Assembly (NCBI GenBank): GCA_030550585.1
Contig: JAUQPB010000001.1
Coordinates: 256,001 to 320,000 of the forward strand
Direction: 5' to 3'
DNA from: Thermoproteota archaeon
GTDB taxonomy: Archaea; Thermoproteota; Thermoprotei_A; Sulfolobales; Ignisphaeraceae
DNA: 64,000 nt
The notes beneath the pieces were generated by a model that did no database searches, had not been told where the DNA came from, and saw only the letters and a list, made by a program, of their open reading frames with translations. Made by a program: the position numbers and the translations under genes. Shown one piece after another: positions 8,289 to 17,739 of this stretch; within the stretch, counting starts at the first letter, position 1, and the number at the start of each line of letters is the position of its first letter.

Positions 8289-10852
8289 ATATTGAAAAAT
8301 ATAACTACTTTTTTCCCGCTTTGCCGTTAGTTCTTATCATTTTATTGCATGTAGGCGTTTTTTATCTTTATAATAGTTTTATCGTAGATTACAATAGCTT
8401 GTTTTCTTCGCGAAAAATACATTTGATAATAGGTTATTCTGGTGATATAGAGAAAAACGTGTTCACTAATTTGTCTAAGGATATCGTTTCTTTGGCAAGC
8501 GAATATGGTAGTAAAGGAATACTGCTCTTTGGCTACATAGGCTGGCTTATAGGCGTTGAAGCGGAGATAAATGATTCACGCTCACTTGTACTCTTCCCAG
8601 ACCAGTTCTTCCATCTATGGCTAGCTAACTTTGGAAAGCCCTCGTGGCTAGACTATATAGAAAAACACTATGGATACGAAAATACATTCTACTTGATCTA
8701 CTTATCCGAATCTGAGAATAGAACTGAAGTCTATAGAGCTTTGCTCTCGATACCTGGGAGTGTTTCTAGTCAGAGCGTTATGGTTGTGAAAACAAACGTT
8801 GATGATTTAAAGGAGATGTTCCCGAGTATTTTGTATGGACGTGGCGATGTCTACTTGTTTCTACCAGTTTCCGCGCCTGCTACAGAGCTGTATCGGCAAA
8901 TAATGCTAGATGTATCCGCTGTAAATAGTGAAAAACCTAAATCCATACTTTACTTGTTCATGTTTGCATTCTCAACGCATACGAATAATGGGCAAATACT
9001 AATCGATCCTGAAGCCATAAGATCATTCCTTAGTAACGCATCACGTATAACAGCCAGATACGGATATAACCCTGTGATAATCGACCGTGTATCGCAAAAG
9101 CTACAGTCTTATATATTATCTCTTCAGACCATGCTTATTGTCTACACCATTGTGTTTTTAGCGTTTTCTGTAGCTATACTCGCATATACGTACCTAGTTT
9201 ACCGCTCAAAGTGGCTACCAAGCTACTACAAGTACATACGATTGATTTCAAGTATGGGATATTCTCCAAAACACATTAAGAAGAAGGCATTACTTTCTAC
9301 GATAACAGTGTTGACAGCTACTATCTTATCGATTTTCGCCACGTATAACACGTTGCTTAGAAAAATCGCGTTCTACGAATACAACTCTGCTATCCTGCCC
9401 ATATTAATAGCAATATCCTTGACAATTGTACTATACAGTTTATTCCTCTATAAAGCATTAGCTGACACAATAAAGTATGGATCAACTGGTTCTTCAACTA
9501 AAATTAAGTTCCTTCTGTTTACAGTACCACTTTTCCTAGTGTTCTTACTAAGATCATACCATATAACTGGTGTTGTTGTAAGGATATTCGGTGCCGCTAT
9601 TCTATTAAATCTCGCTTTATTGTTTATCCTGCTACTGGTATACGACAATAGATTCTTCAGTAGACTTATATACAGGACTGCTAGGGTTTCAAGCATTGCA
9701 AGCGCAACATTCTTAACCACAATAGTATTTTTCTCTGCCCTGTCCCCTGTTATCGGTACATATACACTCACGATCGGTTCGGAAGAGTTAATCAGGTTTT
9801 ACTTTCCTTTAGACAAGGGTATCGACAGGGTACTGATTATACCAAGTCATACGAGTCTGGGAGATCTTGCTGGTTTAGAGGAGAATTTGGAGTCTAGCAA
9901 ATGGTACCTCACAACAGAGTTACATATACAAAGAATTGATGATAAAGAGTTTATACAGATAAAAATAGAGAAAGATGCTGGTCGCTTCATTGCTGAAATG
10001 ACCTTTAAGATGAAGATTCCACTAATCATTGTTTCCGATGAATTAATGGATTCACTTGGCTATAAAGACTACAATTACCTTTTATTTGTATCCCGGTACT
10101 CGCCATATGCTGACGAGCTATCCAAGCTTATAAACGGCAAAGATTATGTAAATGTCTCGCTGATTCCCATTGAATCTCCACTGTGGGAATATCCGGTAAT
10201 CGACATAGTTGTTGAAAGAGGAACTCTTGTTAATACCGGTTTTCCCCTATGGATAATAGAATACAATCCCGAGGGAGAATCGATAGAGTCATACACTGCT
10301 CTAATGGATTACTTTAATAATGCTTTCGTTGTTAGAGATAGCTACTTCAAAGAAAAGCTGGGTGCGAATTTATCTTCGTGGTATGTAGAGATTATAGGTG
10401 TAGTTAACCCCCGTTATATTTGTGAGGGGAGTTTCGTGGTTGACTACAGGGCTTTGGCGAAGAGTTTTGCAGAGGAGCTTGGTGGCTTAACACCTAGCAT
10501 TATACCTCTACTCTTCATACTGAGTTTTCTGTTGATGTTGCTTGCCAGCTACCTTTACTATCACGATATAAATATGGTTATTCAGAAGAAAGTAAAACTC
10601 TTGATATCGCATGGGGTTACTGGTAGGGATATCGTTAAAGGAGAGCTTCTAGGCAATATAATTGGTGCTGCCATAGCGTTCTCCATTGTGGTTGGGTATG
10701 TGTATAGTGTTGGGAGAGCAATATTGTTCCCCATATTGAATACCTTTACCTTGTTTTTAATCATATCTATTGCTCTATCTATTTTTGTCTTGGGTATAGC
10801 ATTCTGTTTGAAAACAACCACTAGGCTGATTAAAACCGTGTCAGGTGGTTAG
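8285..10852 (+). CDS. Large FtsX/MacB-like ABC permease with two extracellular domains
   Basis: TM-ECD-TMs-ECD-TMs layout with two FtsX-like motifs (IRLISSMGYSPKHI, VKLLISHGVTGRDI). Start placed at the ATG overlapping the upstream stop. Confidence 0.7.
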   Translation: MNIEKYNYFFPALPLVLIILLHVGVFYLYNSFIVDYNSLFSSRKIHLIIGYSGDIEKNVFTNLSKDIVSLASEYGSKGILLFGYIGWLIGVEAEINDSRSLVLFPDQFFHLWLANFGKPSWLDYIEKHYGYENTFYLIYLSESENRTEVYRALLSIPGSVSSQSVMVVKTNVDDLKEMFPSILYGRGDVYLFLPVSAPATELYRQIMLDVSAVNSEKPKSILYLFMFAFSTHTNNGQILIDPEAIRSFLSNASRITARYGYNPVIIDRVSQKLQSYILSLQTMLIVYTIVFLAFSVAILAYTYLVYRSKWLPSYYKYIRLISSMGYSPKHIKKKALLSTITVLTATILSIFATYNTLLRKIAFYEYNSAILPILIAISLTIVLYSLFLYKALADTIKYGSTGSSTKIKFLLFTVPLFLVFLLRSYHITGVVVRIFGAAILLNLALLFILLLVYDNRFFSRLIYRTARVSSIASATFLTTIVFFSALSPVIGTYTLTIGSEELIRFYFPLDKGIDRVLIIPSHTSLGDLAGLEENLESSKWYLTTELHIQRIDDKEFIQIKIEKDAGRFIAEMTFKMKIPLIIVSDELMDSLGYKDYNYLLFVSRYSPYADELSKLINGKDYVNVSLIPIESPLWEYPVIDIVVERGTLVNTGFPLWIIEYNPEGESIESYTALMDYFNNAFVVRDSYFKEKLGANLSSWYVEIIGVVNPRYICEGSFVVDYRALAKSFAEELGGLTPSIIPLLFILSFLLMLLASYLYYHDINMVIQKKVKLLISHGVTGRDIVKGELLGNIIGAAIAFSIVVGYVYSVGRAILFPILNTFTLFLIISIALSIFVLGIAFCLKTTTRLIKTVSGG

Positions 10853-10854
10853 GT

Positions 10855-11562
10855 ATGAGTAAAAGGGAGTCACCCATAGTTAGAATCGCCAGCATAAAAC
10901 TCGAGAATATAACTGTAAGGTACCCTAGAAATGTTGAGGCATTAAAGTTGCTATCTCTCGTCTTCGAGCCAGGGATATACATATTAGTAGGGCCTAATGG
11001 TAGCGGGAAGACAACATTACTAGATGTTGTTGCCGGTATTCGAAAGCCTTCTGTAGGGAGGGTTGTGGTTAACGACACAATCAATCTTTATGGACTGGAT
11101 GAAGAGACTCGAGCAAGTATAAGGAGAGAAACAATAGCATATATGCTCCAAGAAGATATTTTCCTCGATCACCTGAACGTAATTGAGAACTTGAAATTCT
11201 TTTTCAAGACCATAGATGAGAATGAAGTAATGACACTCATGAAGAAATTAGGGGTAGAGTCGCTTGCCAACCGCTACCCAGCCACCTTAAGCGGTGGTGA
11301 AAAACGAAAAATCAGCTTCATAAGAACCTACCTAAAAGCTGTTAATTCATCGCTAATATTGTTAGACGAACCAACTTCTCATATAGATGCAGATAGTGTT
11401 AATGTAATCAAAGATATGATACTTAAGCTTTGGGAATACGATAAAAAGAAAATTATTATAATAGCTACACACGATCTTGAACTAAAGAGCATTGCACACA
11501 TACTTATAGAATTAAGAGCTGGACACCTCGAAAAAGTAGAAAAAATAGCAAATACAACCTAG
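10855..11562 (+). CDS. ABC ATPase, LolD/MacB type
   Basis: GPNGSGKT, RYPATLSGGE, LILLDEPT, IATHD. Confidence 0.9.
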   Translation: MSKRESPIVRIASIKLENITVRYPRNVEALKLLSLVFEPGIYILVGPNGSGKTTLLDVVAGIRKPSVGRVVVNDTINLYGLDEETRASIRRETIAYMLQEDIFLDHLNVIENLKFFFKTIDENEVMTLMKKLGVESLANRYPATLSGGEKRKISFIRTYLKAVNSSLILLDEPTSHIDADSVNVIKDMILKLWEYDKKKIIIIATHDLELKSIAHILIELRAGHLEKVEKIANTT

Positions 11563-12053
11563 CCTCATCCTCATCCCAAAGAGCTGGATCCCCATAGAGC
11601 AAGGAGATTTTGAGGAGTTTACATTCTCAGCACATACCATGTTAAGCCCCTACCTCACCTAGGGCAGATCCAAAGTTATGGACATCTTCTTTGGGAGCAT
11701 GATACATGCTGTACACATCCTCGACATGCTCACCTCATCTGCATATTTAACCTCTATCCCATACTTCTCCACAATCTTTTTCAGCCTCCCCACACCTCTT
11801 AATCCTCACACAAACTTCTTCTCCCTCTTACAGCTCCAGAAACTCCAAGGACTTTAAAACATCCTTCTCCTGCGAACATTATATATTATGCGTGTTGAGA
11901 ATAATGTGGTTTAGCGTCATTTGCTTTCAAGTTTTATCCTCTAATAATAGGTCTATACGACAATGGACTAAAATTTATTAACTAAACCAGAAAAGCTTGT
12001 GAATGAGACTGTGTTTGGAATAAAATGCCTGATGAGGGTGGGGCTCTACGGAT

Positions 12054-12302
12054 TTGGTCCATGCTTTGTTGCGTTCCCTCATTGTTACTGTGGTTGTTGT
12101 CAGCGTCTATGTTCTTGGTGCTGTTCGCCGGAGTAAGCCTAAGGTCTGTAGTTCAGTAGTGTTCTACAAGCTGGATGAGTCGGGTAACTTAACCAGAGCC
12201 ACTCCCGAGTCTCTTGAAATCCCACTAGAAAGGTTGAAGGCGATACAGGAAGAGCTCACTAAGAAGCTTCAGCATCAAAACTGCTTAGCAAGAAATACAT
12301 AG
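12054..12302 (+). CDS. Small hypothetical protein with an N-terminal hydrophobic segment (may be a fragment)
   Basis: 82-aa ORF; no family recognised. Confidence 0.3.
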   Translation: MVHALLRSLIVTVVVVSVYVLGAVRRSKPKVCSSVVFYKLDESGNLTRATPESLEIPLERLKAIQEELTKKLQHQNCLARNT

Positions 12303-12684
12303 CCCTTGTCGCCATAACAACATTTACTTCAATGCTAATATTCAATCTTCTGATAATTAAATAAATTTTCAAAATACAAAACTATTTTTGTTTAAAAATC
12401 AACTCAGTGAGGATTTGTGGCACTGTCTTTTAGAGTTAACCAAGCCCACCGCTTCTCTAGCTTATTGCCAAGCCAGCGGTCTTTAACAATGTAACGGCTA
12501 TATTACACCCGTGATATTGTATGAGCCTCTAACATTTGGTTTGCTAGCCAAGCCTTTTTGTAGTCTATAACAATTGTGCTCGTGGTGGCCGGGCATACTG
12601 TAGCTACAAAAATATAAGCTTTCTATCGAAGATTATATGGATAGCATCTCATATAGATTAAAGATGTAGTTTAGTTGATGTAGG

Positions 12685-13545
12685 ATGAGTAGCATAGTAG
12701 ATGCTGAGTATCTAAAGAAGGAAATTCTCAAGCTTTTGAGGGAGGATGAGGAGTTTCGACTAGCTGTTGCTGGTCTTATTGGCTTTGGGGAGGTTTTGAA
12801 GAGGCTTGATAGGCATGAGGAGGAGTTGAAGAGGCTTAGAGAAGACTTTCTTGTTTTTGTAAAGGAGCAGGAGAGGAAATGGGAGGAGAATAATAGGAGA
12901 TGGGAAGAGAACAGCAAAAGGTGGGAAGAGGCTTACAGGAGGTTCGAGAGTATAGAGCTAGAGCTGAAAAAGCTTAGGGAAGACTTTAACAAATTCGTCG
13001 AGCTAGAAGAAAAGAGGTGGGAGGAGAACAATAGAAGATGGGAAGAGAATAATAAGAGATGGGAGGAAAATAACCGAAGATGGGAGGAGGCGTACAAGAG
13101 GTTTGAAGCAATTGAGCGGAGGTTAGAAGAGCATACGAAGATAATTATGGAGCTGGTTAGCAGAGTTGAGTCTCTAGAGCATAGGGTTAGCAATATTGAG
13201 CTTGCTTTGGGGGCTTTGACAGAGGCTTCTATTGCTAGATATCTATATGAGGATCTGGTTGAGGAACTTAGTGCTAGAGGAGAGAAGGTGTTGCATAGGA
13301 TAAGGAATCACAGAGTTGATAACATCGACATAGACTTGTTTATCGAGACAGACAAGACTGTCTATGTGGTAGAGATCAAGGTTAAGCCGAGGTACAGCGA
13401 TGTCGGGTCGCTTATAGCTAAGGTAGACGTTGTCAAGTCCAAATATCCAAACAAAAATGTTGTCGGGATTCTGGCAGCTACATTGAATGGCAGAGAAGTT
13501 GAGGAATATGCTAAGCAGAAAGGAGTAGATGTGTACAGATTCTGA
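12685..13545 (+). CDS. Coiled-coil heptad-repeat protein with a C-terminal PD-(D/E)XK nuclease-like domain (DUF3782-like crenarchaeal family)
   Basis: N-terminal LLREDEEFRLAVAGLIG, WEENNRR repeats, C-terminal DIDLFIE...VVEIK. Confidence 0.8.
   Translation: MSSIVDAEYLKKEILKLLREDEEFRLAVAGLIGFGEVLKRLDRHEEELKRLREDFLVFVKEQERKWEENNRRWEENSKRWEEAYRRFESIELELKKLREDFNKFVELEEKRWEENNRRWEENNKRWEENNRRWEEAYKRFEAIERRLEEHTKIIMELVSRVESLEHRVSNIELALGALTEASIARYLYEDLVEELSARGEKVLHRIRNHRVDNIDIDLFIETDKTVYVVEIKVKPRYSDVGSLIAKVDVVKSKYPNKNVVGILAATLNGREVEEYAKQKGVDVYRF
12823..13116 (+). repeat. Nested coding repeats: 21-bp WEENNRR-type units (3 + 4 copies) inside a duplicated ~45-52 aa block
   Basis: ELKRLREDF...WEEAYRRFESIE and ELKKLREDF...WEEAYKRFEAIE. 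Confidence 0.85.
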
Positions 13546-13732
13546 TACAGCTACACAAGTTCTGTCCCTGATGGCTGTATAGAGCCATAGCCTTTGGTGG
13601 ACAATAAACGTTCAACGTAATAATGCTAACCTTATAGAGGTTCTGTTGCCAACATAAGCTACCTCCCATGTCAAGAAATTCTTCGAAAATCTGTTTGTGA
13701 CAACATTTAATGGGTAGAAGATCTGATTATCT

Positions 13733-14080
13733 CTAGTCTATTCTCAGCACATATCCCCCTGATCTCTCTATGAATCGCTTGGCCTCCTCTGGACTTAGAA
13801 TGTGCATCTCGAATGGGTGATAGTATGGCAGATCCAGCCTCTCCTCTATAAAGGCTTTCAGCTTGGCTATCTCCATAGGTTTTTTCGGCACATATTCCGA
13901 CACTATCAGTATATCCACATCGCTTCCACCAACACTATCACCTCTAGCCACACTTCCAATGACATAGACTTCTGCATCTGAAATAACCTCCTTGGCCACC
14001 CCAGCTATTCTGAGAGCCCACAGCCTCCACTCGCTTACCAGTTTAGCACGCTTAGCTGAGGTATCCATAAACATGCTCAT
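13733..14080 (-). CDS. Minimal nucleotidyltransferase (MNT antitoxin)
   Basis: VIGSVARGD...SDVDILIV motif. Confidence 0.85.
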   Translation of the reverse strand: MSMFMDTSAKRAKLVSEWRLWALRIAGVAKEVISDAEVYVIGSVARGDSVGGSDVDILIVSEYVPKKPMEIAKLKAFIEERLDLPYYHPFEMHILSPEEAKRFIERSGGYVLRID

Positions 14081-14300
14081 TGCCTGCCACCCAGGATCTT
14101 TTTGAATAGAGACAGCACCTCATCTACAAGCCTTATCATATCCTATATACATCTCCCTTATCATACTCTCTAACACAGTATTTAGACACTGGATATATGT
14201 CTTCGAGAGCCAAAAGCCCAGTTTCCTGTAGAAAATCTCTTAGATGCTTAAATACACCATTCTCATGTCGGCTACCTTAAGAGATCAGAACTTGTTGAAG
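14077..14300 (-). pseudogene. HEPN toxin remnant
   Basis: LALEDIYPVSKYCVREYDKGDVYR, then a frameshift to MIRLVDEVLSLFKKILGGRQ*, with the stop overlapping the MNT start. Resembles the HEPN C-terminus LEDAY..SRY. Confidence 0.55.
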
Positions 14301-14382
14301 TGGAGCACTACTTGTGATAGGATTCTTTATATTATCATCCCTATCCTAGCATGAAACGCGATGAGCAGTGGTGATGCTGGAC

Positions 14383-15090
14383 TCAAACCTTCATCTCACT
14401 TCTTCTAAACAATAGCATGAATAATATGTAGAAGCATAACATGGTAATGATGTCAATGAGTATGCCGTCAAAGTGGTTAAGTTGCACGAACCCTGGATAC
14501 GCTATGTCGTACCAATATGTTAGCATAGGATTGAAGATGTATGAAATGGCTGAGAGAGCTGGGTCAAGCCTCGTATTGAACATTATGTAGTTGCTGATTA
14601 TAATGCTTATTGATAGGGGGGCTATGAAAAGCGCTACTGCAGATGTTAATAGAGTCGCAATTCTGCTCTTGACCAGCGATAAAAGTATAGCCAGTCCAGT
14701 ATATAGATAAATAGATAGCACTAGATATGCTATTATCAAATGGTTTAGCGATGTTGTAGAAGAGAATAGATAGACTATGACAGACTGAAATACCGTGTAT
14801 GGAATCATATAGATTATTATAGAGACTAACTTTGCAATAGCTATATTCAGCCATCCTCCAAACATCGAAATTTCAAAAACTGTCATATCCCACGACCTAA
14901 CAACATGTGCCATCCCGGAGATCATATAGACTGGATTTAAGAAACATGTTATCAAGAGAATGAGCATAATCAACATGTTCATCCTTTCGTTGACCGGCAC
15001 CCCTAAGACGAAATAGTACAGCGATAACTCGATAAATAGCATTAGAAGAAAAAGGGGTATCAACAGCTTTGGTATGAACAGCCCTTTCAA
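14383..15090 (-). CDS. ABC exporter permease
   Basis: About 6 TM helices; follows an ATPase in the same operon. Confidence 0.7.
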   Translation of the reverse strand: MKGLFIPKLLIPLFLLMLFIELSLYYFVLGVPVNERMNMLIMLILLITCFLNPVYMISGMAHVVRSWDMTVFEISMFGGWLNIAIAKLVSIIIYMIPYTVFQSVIVYLFSSTTSLNHLIIAYLVLSIYLYTGLAILLSLVKSRIATLLTSAVALFIAPLSISIIISNYIMFNTRLDPALSAISYIFNPMLTYWYDIAYPGFVQLNHFDGILIDIITMLCFYILFMLLFRRSEMKV

Positions 15091-15097
15091 ATACCAT

Positions 15098-15913
15098 TTA
15101 ATCGCTAAAATATCTCCTCACCCCAAGTTTCTTGAAGCCTCTAATCCTGTTCTCATTAAGAAGCTCTAACAATTCTTCATAGCTGGATCTCACAATAGCG
15201 ACATAGCCTAGCTTAGAATATACACTAAGAGAGCTTGGTACACGGTACCTCAAATACACCTCATAAATATCTTCTCCGCCTATATCCTCTACCCTACCTT
15301 GCCACACAAGCTTCCCCTCTCTCAACATCACAAAGTAGTCACCAATCCACTCAGCTTCTTCGGGGAGATGAGTAGTTAGAACAACCTCAAGATCCCTTTC
15401 GAGAATATACTCGCCAATCAATTCAACATTTTTGACATCAAGATGTGAAAAAGGCTCGTCTAAAACCTTGATTCTGCTATCCCTGCATATCGCCTGCATC
15501 AACTGCACCAATTGCTTCTGCCCAGATGAGAGGTCGGGAAGAAACGTCTCAGCAAAATTCTTGACACCTATACGTTCCCAGAACAATTCGATGCAATCAC
15601 CATCACCATTTTCTCTAACAATCTTGTAGACATCCCTAACCCTTACGTTAACATCGAAACGAGGTCTCTCAAACGCTATAGTCATTTCCCGCGCAGCCTT
15701 TTCCCTCATCCTATAAGGTTCATATCCATTGATTTTTAGAACACCTTTAGAGGGGTGCAACAAACCATATAATATACTCAAGAGTGTGCTCTTGCCAGAG
15801 CCATTCTGACCAATTATAACAACCCTCTTAGCATCTATATTGAAACTGACATCCGCTAGAGCTGCCACCCTGCCGAAGTATTTTGATAGATTTTCTGCAT
15901 AGATATTCATCAT
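15098..15913 (-). CDS. ABC exporter ATP-binding subunit
   Basis: GQNGSGKS, LSSGQ, VLDEP, TTH. Confidence 0.9.
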   Translation of the reverse strand: MMNIYAENLSKYFGRVAALADVSFNIDAKRVVIIGQNGSGKSTLLSILYGLLHPSKGVLKINGYEPYRMREKAAREMTIAFERPRFDVNVRVRDVYKIVRENGDGDCIELFWERIGVKNFAETFLPDLSSGQKQLVQLMQAICRDSRIKVLDEPFSHLDVKNVELIGEYILERDLEVVLTTHLPEEAEWIGDYFVMLREGKLVWQGRVEDIGGEDIYEVYLRYRVPSSLSVYSKLGYVAIVRSSYEELLELLNENRIRGFKKLGVRRYFSD

Positions 15914-16797
15914 ATCCTCCTCCTATGCAACAGCACAAGGCCTATAAGACCTATAGCTATCAAAGCAATATTTAGTGGAAAGTATGTGACAGTAAAATCA
16001 AATAGTATTCTACCAAGCAAATCGTTTCTGACACGCAGATTAGTATCGCTAGTTCCCATGTAAAGTATCACATTGCTCAACTTGTCAATATGCTCTTCAA
16101 TCAGGTTCATAATGTCTGATTCGCCACTAAAAATCATTTTCAGTAGTTGAATGGCTATACTATCTATTGGAGCTTGAGTTTCTAAATAGAAAAACAGTGC
16201 TAATAGAAGATCCCCTTTTCCCAGTTCCCAGTACCCAAGCTCCACCACAGTTTTATTATCCTCAGATATTTTTTCCCCATGATAACCTATTGGTTTAAGA
16301 TAAAAAGTTGGGTTTAACAATGTTTCGAAATTGACTACATTTGGCGGAATCTTTTCCAGCTTGACAGCCATATGCGACACATTAACCGTGTCTACACCAG
16401 CTGGCAATACTAGCAATTTTGCCAACGGAGAATCTATAGATACGAGGCCCTCAGACCTCAGTTCTCTACTAAGAGTTGTTCCATTGAAAGGAAAGACTAT
16501 CCTAATGCTTGCCCTTGAATCATATTTTAGCGCAGATTTATTAACAGGTTCAAGACGTATCTTACAACTGTCTATAACTACTGTAGTCCTCCCCAAAGCA
16601 TCTGAAATGTTAACAAGAGCAAACATTCCACTTACACCATACTCGAGAAAAGTACCATTAGAAAATAGATCAACCTTCAAACGAGGGTTGACAACCAAAT
16701 AATATCTTATCGTCGGCAAAAAATTAATTAAAATTCCAAACAACAACAATATGATTAAAGCAACACTTCCAATTGTCCTTCCCATAGCCATAACCAT
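15910..16797 (-). CDS. Membrane protein with N- and C-terminal TM helices and a large extracellular domain
   Basis: Hydrophobic termini, N-glycosylation sequons (NGT, NIS, NKS), ATGA overlap with the ATPase. Confidence 0.7.
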   Translation of the reverse strand: MVMAMGRTIGSVALIILLLFGILINFLPTIRYYLVVNPRLKVDLFSNGTFLEYGVSGMFALVNISDALGRTTVVIDSCKIRLEPVNKSALKYDSRASIRIVFPFNGTTLSRELRSEGLVSIDSPLAKLLVLPAGVDTVNVSHMAVKLEKIPPNVVNFETLLNPTFYLKPIGYHGEKISEDNKTVVELGYWELGKGDLLLALFFYLETQAPIDSIAIQLLKMIFSGESDIMNLIEEHIDKLSNVILYMGTSDTNLRVRNDLLGRILFDFTVTYFPLNIALIAIGLIGLVLLHRRRI

Positions 16798-16857
16798 ACA
16801 CCCAGATAAGCAACCGAGATAGTACTTTAATAAAAAATAAATACTTTTAAAACAATA

Positions 16858-17386
16858 TCATGATAGTACTAACTCGACAAGTGGTCCAAGATTAATGGCT
16901 ATATTTATTGTATCAGATTTTGCCCTGCCATTACCTGCCGTTCCTATAAACACTGTGTGTACATACACAGTAGTACCCCCGTAGTACTCTACGTAGTTAT
17001 ATAGATCACCTTCTAGACACCAGATTGGTGAGTATATCTTAAACCATATCTTTACCACACCATACGAGTTGCCTGGAGCTGTAGAATAGCTCCACCAAGG
17101 ATTGCCCCAGTCAGCATTCCAGAGCCATGCTGTAGGATAGGCTCCAAGAGAGCCAGCGGTAGCTCGTACAATTCTATTCTGATTTGTATCAATAGTTATG
17201 ACATGCCCTGCTATAGCATAACCTACTAAGACTCCGAACAAATTTCTGACTTCAAGCCTTGAGCGGTATTCTTTTTGGCTAACCATAGCCGTTACTGTGT
17301 TTGGAGCAACCATGCTAATTATCGATACTAGTACTAGTACTAGGGATACTATTTTTTAGAGCTGTTTTACATCTCATTGCTTTCAT
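16858..17386 (-). pseudogene. Small secreted W/Y/G-rich protein whose signal peptide is broken by a frameshift in an A6 run
   Basis: MKAMRCKTALK (from 17386) and IVSLVLVLVSIISMVAPNTVTA-MVSQKEY... join in frame if the A6 run at 17352-17357 were A5. Confidence 0.65.
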
Positions 17387-17739
17387 CCACATTAGATTCC
17401 TGCATGTAGCCCCCTAAAAACTTTTCTATCATTGCTATGCTAGAATTAATTAGTACGCTATTCAAGAAGGTGTCTTGGTTGGAGGTAGGCTCTGGCATTG
17501 TTGTAACACAATAGTGGTTCGCGCATGGGTTAGTGAAAACTGTGGGGTTTAGACACACTTTAAAATTGTGGATGGTTATAATGGATTGAGAGCCTCTGCT
17601 TCTAACCTTTGTATTGGATTTGGCTTGCAAGTTGCCTGTATCTATAGAAGAATATATAGGTAGTGCTGTAGGCGATGTTGATAAGTGTTTCCCTGTCAGT
17701 TTTTTAGCTGTGTAGGGCAATCTATTTTTGTGTTATGTA

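Noticed and set aside
11570-11880. Possible PIN/AbrB remnant on the minus strand
   Set aside because: Purine-rich, coding-like sequence but no continuous frame or decisive motif.
12880-13101. Possible CRISPR array
   Set aside because: The repeats are contiguous, degenerate at third codon positions and have no spacers; they are coding heptads. No CRISPR array or cas gene was seen in the window.
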